Of a DNA stretch of 23,194 nt, positions 17,784-23,194 are shown in pieces. The notes under the pieces were generated by a model. That model saw only the letters and a list, made by a program, of their open reading frames with translations. It was not told the DNA's origin and ran no database searches. The stretch comes from Pseudobacteriovorax sp. Its GTDB lineage: Bacteria > Bdellovibrionota_B > Oligoflexia > Oligoflexales > Oligoflexaceae. The first letter of the stretch is position 1. Each line of letters begins with the position of its first letter. The DNA is taken from the NCBI GenBank assembly GCA_050293845.1, contig JBNKNM010000076.1:1-23194 (forward strand), written 5' to 3'. The position numbers and the translations under genes are program-made.

Positions 17784-18552
17784 TGGCATCTCTAAGCTCA
17801 TGGAACAGCATCAATCCTTTGTTATGGTAACCATGGCTGATGTTTTACTGAGTGCACCCCAGGAACTTGGAGCAAAGATACTAGTGACCCAGGAAGGTCT
17901 ATATGCCGGAACTATTGGGGGAGGAAAGCTGGAAGCTGCAGCAATATCATATTCTCAGAAAATGCTGCAGGTAAATCAGCCCAGAAGTTGTGAGTTAGTC
18001 AGGTGGAATCTTAAAAAGGATATTGGTATGACCTGTGGTGGCGAGGTTACTTTACTCTTCGAACCCCATCTCAGTCGAAGCTGGAATATCGTGATTTTTG
18101 GTGCCGGTCATGTTGCGCAAGCTTTGATTCCTTTGTTGTTAACAATAGACTGTCGGATAACTTGTCTCGAAACGAGGCCAGAGTGGTTGGGAAAGTTGCC
18201 TGACCATGATCGCCTGGAAAAAAAACTATTGCCGGTAATGCAGGAGTATGTATCACAGATTGCTGACAACAGTTTTATCATTTCTTTGACTCAAGGTCAT
18301 AGTTATGACCTACCAATATTGACAGAAGTTCTGTCCTCAAGGGAATTCCCTTATGTAGGCGTTATTGGTAGTAACTCAAAGTCAATCGTCTTGCGACGAA
18401 ATCTAAAGGAACATGGGGTCGATGATGCTAAGATTGCTAGCCTGCACTGCCCCATTGGTTTGGATCTTGGCTCGCGTGACCCAAGTGAGATTGCTGTAAG
18501 TATTACAGCTCAGCTCTTGCAGCAGCGGCAATTCATATCAACAAGTATATGA
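17761..18552 (+). CDS. xdhC: Xanthine dehydrogenase accessory (Moco-insertion) protein
   Basis: SAPQELGAK, GTIGGGKLE, GMTCGGEV, IFGAGHVAQAL, YVGVIGS.SK and CPIG...PSEIAVSITAQLL. Start is ATG17761 (better SD spacing) or ATG17752; overlaps the xdhB end. Confidence 0.95.
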   Translation: MNQKGFYSGISKLMEQHQSFVMVTMADVLLSAPQELGAKILVTQEGLYAGTIGGGKLEAAAISYSQKMLQVNQPRSCELVRWNLKKDIGMTCGGEVTLLFEPHLSRSWNIVIFGAGHVAQALIPLLLTIDCRITCLETRPEWLGKLPDHDRLEKKLLPVMQEYVSQIADNSFIISLTQGHSYDLPILTEVLSSREFPYVGVIGSNSKSIVLRRNLKEHGVDDAKIASLHCPIGLDLGSRDPSEIAVSITAQLLQQRQFISTSI

Positions 18553-18567
18553 GCTAATTCTCTTTAG

Positions 18568-18617
18568 GACATCCTAACTACAGGATGCTTTCGACTTCAG
18601 TCGAGAGAGGATGTCAC
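18568..18617 (+). mobile_element. Short palindromic element resembling an IS200/IS605 right end (non-autonomous remnant)
   Basis: AGGATG-CTTTCGAC-TTCA-GTCGAGAG-AGGATGTCAC: a subterminal hairpin followed by GAGGATGTCAC ending in TCAC. The outer inverted repeat is GACATCCT (18568-18575)/AGGATGTC (18608-18615). No transposase nearby. Confidence 0.45.
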
Positions 18618-18707
18618 TCTTCTCACTATGTCCGTTATTAATGGCTTATTCTACGAGCTGAGCCTATTCGCTAACCCTTAGAAAATCTGAAATATACGAT
18701 GCCGATG

Positions 18708-19409
18708 TCAGAAAACTTTGGATCTGGGAGTCAGAGTCTCGCTGATGGCGTGTCCTAGAGCGTTGATCACAGTGGTAGGAATCTCATGGCCGCCTGGAAA
18801 TGACTCGAATGCGACCTCTCCGCATAGTTGTTCCAGACAAGTTTTCAATGCTATGGCTGCTTCAAAGGGAAGGATAGGGTCATGGGTGCCATGGCTCTGG
18901 AATACTTTCATATGACTCGAGGACTCTGTTCGATTGAATAGTTGATGTCCCACCATTGTCCCCGAAAGCTGTAAAAGCAAAGGTATAGCTAGATCATGAC
19001 TTAAAACAGTATGGCTGGCAACCATAGCACCTTGGCTGAACCCTCCCATGATTGTTTTTGAAAGATCAAAATTACCACCCATCAGAAATTCGTATAATTT
19101 TTCCGCAGATTGGGTGAGTCCAGTAGGGATTTTATCAGCAAAATAGCGGGCTTCACCGCGAGCTAGAGCAGTTTCTAGAGCTGCCATATCGATAGGGAAC
19201 CAAGCTCTACCAGTCATCATGGGAGCTATTTTAGTTTCAAGGGGAGCATTGGGAAAAAACCAGTTAACTGGCTGAGTTGTCGGAATGACTTGGTGCAATC
19301 CTGCTAGATCTTGAAAGTCAGCTCCATAACCATGTAGTAGAATTACATTATATTCTGCATTCTGGCGGAAACAGAGTGTATCTAAGTTGGCTATTCTTTC
19401 AAATTTCAC
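18708..19409 (-). CDS. Phospholipase/carboxylesterase-family alpha/beta hydrolase
   Basis: VILLHGYGA, FFPNAP, GRAWFPID, GGFSQGAM (nucleophile elbow), QSHGTHDPILP and FPGGHEI (Ser-Asp-His triad). GTG start with SD AGGAG. Confidence 0.9.
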   Translation of the reverse strand: MKFERIANLDTLCFRQNAEYNVILLHGYGADFQDLAGLHQVIPTTQPVNWFFPNAPLETKIAPMMTGRAWFPIDMAALETALARGEARYFADKIPTGLTQSAEKLYEFLMGGNFDLSKTIMGGFSQGAMVASHTVLSHDLAIPLLLQLSGTMVGHQLFNRTESSSHMKVFQSHGTHDPILPFEAAIALKTCLEQLCGEVAFESFPGGHEIPTTVINALGHAISETLTPRSKVF

Positions 19410-19689
19410 AGCTATACTCCTAGAAAGGATCGATAATTCGGGGCTGATAGTTCCCCATAGGGCATTTTTTGCGCTCCAAAATTATCCTATTTCCTCGCAG
19501 TCTACAAGATTAACTTAGTGGAAGCACTTATGACTTAATAGTTCTATGATTTTGTGAGCTGTCCTAACCACGTGTAACAAAGAAAGTTTCTGATAGTTTT
19601 GAAAGAATCATAAACATCCCTTAATTAGCTACAGTTTGTTTTGTAGTTCAACCGATGAATATAATAATTGAAGGGGAGGGAGCCAAACG

Positions 19690-20097
19690 ATGAGTGTTGT
19701 GCAGCAAATCGATCAGCAGCTTTTAAGCGACTTATATGAAGAGTTGCATCATTATGAGCTTGGCTTTGTTAAGCATGCCACCTATCAAATGTTTCATCTT
19801 TTTGGTTCTCCATTGCATAGTTTTTGGGAAAATGAAAACCAAGCTTTTGGAGTGTACCTAGTCTATTACAAATTATCCCGGAAATATAGCAAGTCAATCT
19901 TTATAAAATCCATACAGAGTGGCAAAGTTCCCCAAGAACGTATTTTCACCGAAGATGAGAAAAAATTAGTTTTAAATCAGAATCACTTGCGGCATCAGGC
20001 CAAGCGTGTGCATGAATATTTAAGCTCTTTAGCTGATGAGTTCGATTATGAAATATGGTTGATCGAAGTGGGATTACAGGTACCCTTCCAAAGGTAG
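19690..20097 (+). CDS. Hypothetical protein (135 aa)
   Basis: ORF with strong SD (GGGGAGGGAG) filling the gap between genes; no recognisable motif. Confidence 0.7.
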   Translation: MSVVQQIDQQLLSDLYEELHHYELGFVKHATYQMFHLFGSPLHSFWENENQAFGVYLVYYKLSRKYSKSIFIKSIQSGKVPQERIFTEDEKKLVLNQNHLRHQAKRVHEYLSSLADEFDYEIWLIEVGLQVPFQR

Positions 20098-20112
20098 TGT
20101 AGCTATTTACTA

Positions 20113-21384
20113 TTATGGTAATTTTTTATGAAGTCTGACGGTAAAGCAGGTATGGGAATGGTTTCGATCAAGAATTAAGCTACCTTGATGGTCATTAATA
20201 AAGCTCTTAGCTAAGCTTAGACCAATTCCAGTTCCTTTACCAATAGCTTTAGTTGTAAAGAAGGGTTCTAGAATCTTGTTAGCAATGAAGTCAGGAATTC
20301 CAGTTCCTGAGTCAATGAAGCGTATTTCATACTGATCTCCATGGTCATTTACTTCAATGCGAACCCATCTATTTTCGCAATCAAGTTCAGCTAGGGCATC
20401 GTGAGCATTGTTTAGTAAATTAATAAAAGCTTGAACCAACTGTGTGTGATCGCATTCGATCATTCCGTCAAGATTAAAATCTGTCAGTTCTACTTTGATA
20501 CCACGGGATTTAAACTTCTCGTGACATATATCAAAGCAATCGTCGAAGATTGTTTTTAATAGGATATTTTGAAATCCTCGATTGTCGTGACTATGGGCTG
20601 AGGATAGCATTGATTGGATGATTCGCGAAATGCGCTTACTGGTATTTAGAATCTTCGTTGTTATTTTGCAGAGTTTATCCAGATCTATAGGGTTGCGGCT
20701 GATGATTTCCATTAATCGATTTGCATTTCCGTAAATAATGGTTAAAGGATTATTAATTTCGTGAGCAATACCACCAGCCATTTCTCCTAATGCTGCCATT
20801 TTTAAAGCCTGAATGCGCATAGATCTTTCGTGATCCAGGCTTTTCGTACGTTCGTTGAGTAGGCTTTCGAGATTTTCAAGGTAGTACTTTGCTTCATGAG
20901 TATAACTCCATTTTTCCGTAAGACTAGCAGCCATTTGCTTAATTTCAACGGGATCGTAAGGTTTCTTTAGGATAAGTAAGCGCTTAGTATCACCTAGATA
21001 TTCTGTAATCTCAGCGAGAGAGCGCCCCGGGTACGACGTGCAAAGGACTACTTCCATTAAGGGGGAGACTTCCCATATTTTTTTGATTGTTTCCAAACCA
21101 TCAATACCAGGAGGCATGCGCATGTCGACAAAAGCAAGAGCGAAAGGGGTACCTGTTGCTTCGGCTAATTGTACTAAGTCAATAGCTTCCAGTCCTTGGT
21201 AAGCCGATGCAAGTTCATATTGAGTTTCATTAGTTTTGCTTAAGGTAGCTATCCCGATCTTTTTTGCCTCATGAGAGTTAGGGTTTGGATGGCTATAGCT
21301 AGCAGGTTGGAGAAAGCGTTTAAAATCATCGTGAATCGAAATATTGACATCTACAATCAGTATTTTGCGATTTTTAGGATTCAC
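20113..21384 (-). CDS. Cytoplasmic hybrid signalling protein: receiver domain + histidine kinase (REC-HisKA-HATPase)
   Basis: REC: ILIVD, AFVDMRMPPGIDG, LCTSY, LKKPYD. H-box GIAHEINNPL, N-box INLLNNAHDA, G1 DSGTGI, F-box EPFFTTK, G2 GTGIGLS. No TM segment. Confidence 0.9.
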   Translation of the reverse strand: MNPKNRKILIVDVNISIHDDFKRFLQPASYSHPNPNSHEAKKIGIATLSKTNETQYELASAYQGLEAIDLVQLAEATGTPFALAFVDMRMPPGIDGLETIKKIWEVSPLMEVVLCTSYPGRSLAEITEYLGDTKRLLILKKPYDPVEIKQMAASLTEKWSYTHEAKYYLENLESLLNERTKSLDHERSMRIQALKMAALGEMAGGIAHEINNPLTIIYGNANRLMEIISRNPIDLDKLCKITTKILNTSKRISRIIQSMLSSAHSHDNRGFQNILLKTIFDDCFDICHEKFKSRGIKVELTDFNLDGMIECDHTQLVQAFINLLNNAHDALAELDCENRWVRIEVNDHGDQYEIRFIDSGTGIPDFIANKILEPFFTTKAIGKGTGIGLSLAKSFINDHQGSLILDRNHSHTCFTVRLHKKLP

Positions 21385-21626
21385 TAGGTTTTCCCCTTGT
21401 TACAGTTCGTCCATACATCCGCTACACTGGTACTTTTAACTATGTCTGGCCTGAACAACATTTTGTTCGACCATGGAAATAGCGGCTTAAGTTGCAGCTA
21501 AGAAAAAATAATAGTTCTAACCCTCAGAGTTACCAAAAGTGGTTAAATCTATCAATTGTAGGTTGGAAATATCGCGGTATTTTAAATGAAGGTAATAGTG
21601 AACGGTAGTTCTCTAAGGAGGTTAGC

Positions 21627-21758
21627 ATGGGGTGGTTTGCTTTTATTAGCGATTTTTTTACATCACAGTCCAATAATTTAGATCTATCTCTTACTGATAA
21701 CGAGGTTGTTGACTCTCAAATTGACAGGGACGAAATTGACCGTATTATCTTTTCTTAG
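21627..21758 (+). CDS. Unannotated small protein, 43 aa: MGWFAFISDFFTSQSNNLDLSLTDNEVVDSQIDRDEIDRIIFS
   Basis: Near-perfect SD TAAGGAGGT (21614-21622) just upstream of ATG21627, open to TAG21756-21758. Occupies otherwise empty intergenic space and is shorter than any ORF in the provided track. Confidence 0.6.
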   Translation: MGWFAFISDFFTSQSNNLDLSLTDNEVVDSQIDRDEIDRIIFS

Positions 21759-21786
21759 ATCCCATACCAGCTAGCGCTTTCGAGCG

Positions 21787-22473
21787 CTAGCTGAGCTTTC
21801 TTATTTGTACCCAGGTTTTGCAGATGTTGTTGTTTACATTGCAATATCCGCGAAAATTAGTACCTGCTGGGATACCAGGTAAATCTTTGACTAGGGTGAT
21901 TGTCAAGTAGTCGGGGTAATAAGACAAATCAACCTTGGCGTAATCGAAGCCAAAAAATTTTTTGACTTGTGGATACAAAGCTTTATAGAGTGACTCTTTC
22001 AGCGAAAATATGAGAGTTAATGAAAGGGGGGCGGGCAGTCTTATGTTGCGCTGGGTCCACTCATGGGGCAAACAGATTTGCTTGATAAGGGCATCACTTG
22101 CTTCTGACATCAGAGCCTCAACATCAAGACCAATGTGAAGATCTTTCTGACTCGGTACAACCATAGCTGCAGCAAGCCCTGATGAATGAGTAATGGAACC
22201 GGTCACTCCATTAGGCCATATCGGCTGCCTGTCTTCGCTGCTGCGTAGCATATCTGTTGTTTTTATTGTAAATCCGAGTTTTTTAATGGCTTCGAGAGCA
22301 CATAACCTACCAGCCAGGAATTCTATTTTGCGTTTTGCAATAGCTTGTGAAAGCCTTTCTGGAACACGAAGTCCGTAAGCTGCAAAGTAAGTAAAGGGGG
22401 ATGGTAGGGCTCCATACGAAAATTGCGCTTCGACAATGGGTCCTAGCTTTCTAAAAGATAGTTCTTCTGGCAT
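21787..22473 (-). CDS. 4'-phosphopantetheinyl transferase (EntD/Sfp-type)
   Basis: KRKIEFLAGRLCA, PIWPNGVTGSITHS, IGLDVE and IFSLKESLYKALYP motifs. Confidence 0.9.
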   Translation of the reverse strand: MPEELSFRKLGPIVEAQFSYGALPSPFTYFAAYGLRVPERLSQAIAKRKIEFLAGRLCALEAIKKLGFTIKTTDMLRSSEDRQPIWPNGVTGSITHSSGLAAAMVVPSQKDLHIGLDVEALMSEASDALIKQICLPHEWTQRNIRLPAPLSLTLIFSLKESLYKALYPQVKKFFGFDYAKVDLSYYPDYLTITLVKDLPGIPAGTNFRGYCNVNNNICKTWVQIRKLS

Positions 22474-22637
22474 ATGGATATTCTTTTAGTGGTTGCAAAA
22501 TCATTAAGGTATCGAGTCTAAAGCCAAATGGCTACAACAATAATTCCCGTATCTAAAACCTAGATCTAGGCAGCGGAAGAGGTGAGAGCGCCGATCATTT
22601 TGAAGTTGTAAGTGGTTGGATTCGTAGAAATGTTTTG

Positions 22638-22674
22638 CAGCAGTATACGACTAGGGACGTATACTGCTGTTTTT
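22638..22674. terminator. Perfect 12-bp stem-loop (terminator or stabilising hairpin)
   Basis: CAGCAGTATACG-actaggga-CGTATACTGCTG followed by TTTTT on the + strand. It lies 17 nt downstream of the minus-strand stop at 22687. Confidence 0.6.
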
Positions 22675-22686
22675 AAAGCTTAACTT

Positions 22687-23193
22687 TTAGCTACTATATT
22701 CATAAAGTATACTGATACTGGTACCGACAGGAAAATTTGCATTAATGATAAAGTAGGTTCCTACTCTTTCATATTCGGTAGTTTCTACACCGTCAACTTT
22801 CACTGTCCAGCGACCTTGCTCAGGGTTTGCTACTTTGGCGTCAAACTCACGTCTAATACCAATATATTTATATTTTATCTCAAACTCAGTTAAGTCCTGA
22901 ACAACACAGCTACTAACTATTTTACCTTCCACCAGTTCAAACCCATTACCCAGCATACAGTCTACATTGTTCGAAATTAACTCTATGCTATTTTCTATCG
23001 GTACATCTGGAAGAGTAAATTCTTTAACTTCCGTATCATCAACTTCATACTTTAATGTTAAGGTGCGGTTTTCAGCATGATCAGTCGCTTCAATAGTAAA
23101 AATATTCTCAACTTTGACAAAGTTTATGGGGGTGTTGTTAAAAAACAGTTTGAAGTCACGAGGATTTTGTCCCCCTAAGGGAAGGGTATAGCT
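22687..23193 (-). CDS. C-terminal part of a larger beta-rich hypothetical (probably extracellular) protein, truncated by the window edge
   Basis: The frame of ORF 22687-22956 has no stop through to the window end (SYTLPLGGQNPRDFKLFFNNTPINFVKVENIFTIEATDHAENRTLTLKYEVDDTEVKEFTLPDVPIENSIELISNNVDCMLGNG...). Alternating hydrophobic beta-strand pattern. Confidence 0.75.
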   Translation of the reverse strand, partial: SYTLPLGGQNPRDFKLFFNNTPINFVKVENIFTIEATDHAENRTLTLKYEVDDTEVKEFTLPDVPIENSIELISNNVDCMLGNGFELVEGKIVSSCVVQDLTEFEIKYKYIGIRREFDAKVANPEQGRWTVKVDGVETTEYERVGTYFIINANFPVGTSISILYEYSS

Positions 23194-23194
23194 G

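Noticed and set aside
538..22378. Short ORFs nested in or antisense to recognised genes (e.g. 538-723, 936-1127, 1786-2028, 2986-3390, 3890-4105, 3972-4244, 4135-4329, 4427-4624, 4858-5043, 5410-5646, 6385-6630, 7503-7724, 8726-9067, 11961-12215, 14605-14916, 15471-15659, 15993-16220, 16737-16922, 16855-17145, 18071-18256, 18718-18915, 22193-22378)
   Set aside because: Shadow or alternate-frame ORFs overlapping well-supported genes, with no recognisable motifs.
1..23194. CRISPR array, tRNA/rRNA genes, prophage or defence genes
   Set aside because: No regularly spaced repeats, cloverleaf or rRNA-like sequence, and no cas, phage or known defence ORFs were seen.

Overview
Bacterial chromosomal window of moderate GC (about 40-45% by eye). 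Gene style and content suggest an Oligoflexia/Bdellovibrionota-like organism, which is an inference only. The core is a ~10 kb purine-catabolism cluster (8552-18552) in three transcription units: allA plus a serine-hydrolase::allantoicase fusion (+), uraH-puuD-uraD (-), and xdhA-xdhB-xdhC (+). Every step from xanthine to glyoxylate + urea is encoded except allantoinase. The allantoicase carries an extra N-terminal beta-lactamase-fold (SxxK) domain, which is the best candidate here for an undescribed enzyme: a possible new allantoinase class. The first 75 nt match the 5' end of an IscB-type omegaRNA/HEARO scaffold on the minus strand, with its guide in the adjacent flank. Other signals are a structured leader ahead of uraH, an IS200/IS605 right-end-like remnant after xdhC, and an unannotated 43-aa ORF with a near-perfect Shine-Dalgarno. 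Flanking genes encode a diheme cytochrome c lipoprotein, a BNR-4/ricin secreted protein, a class-V PLP enzyme, hemolysin III, DUF1415, a carboxylesterase, a REC-histidine kinase, a 4'-phosphopantetheinyl transferase and a truncated beta-rich protein. All family calls come from motif recognition by eye; no database searches were run.
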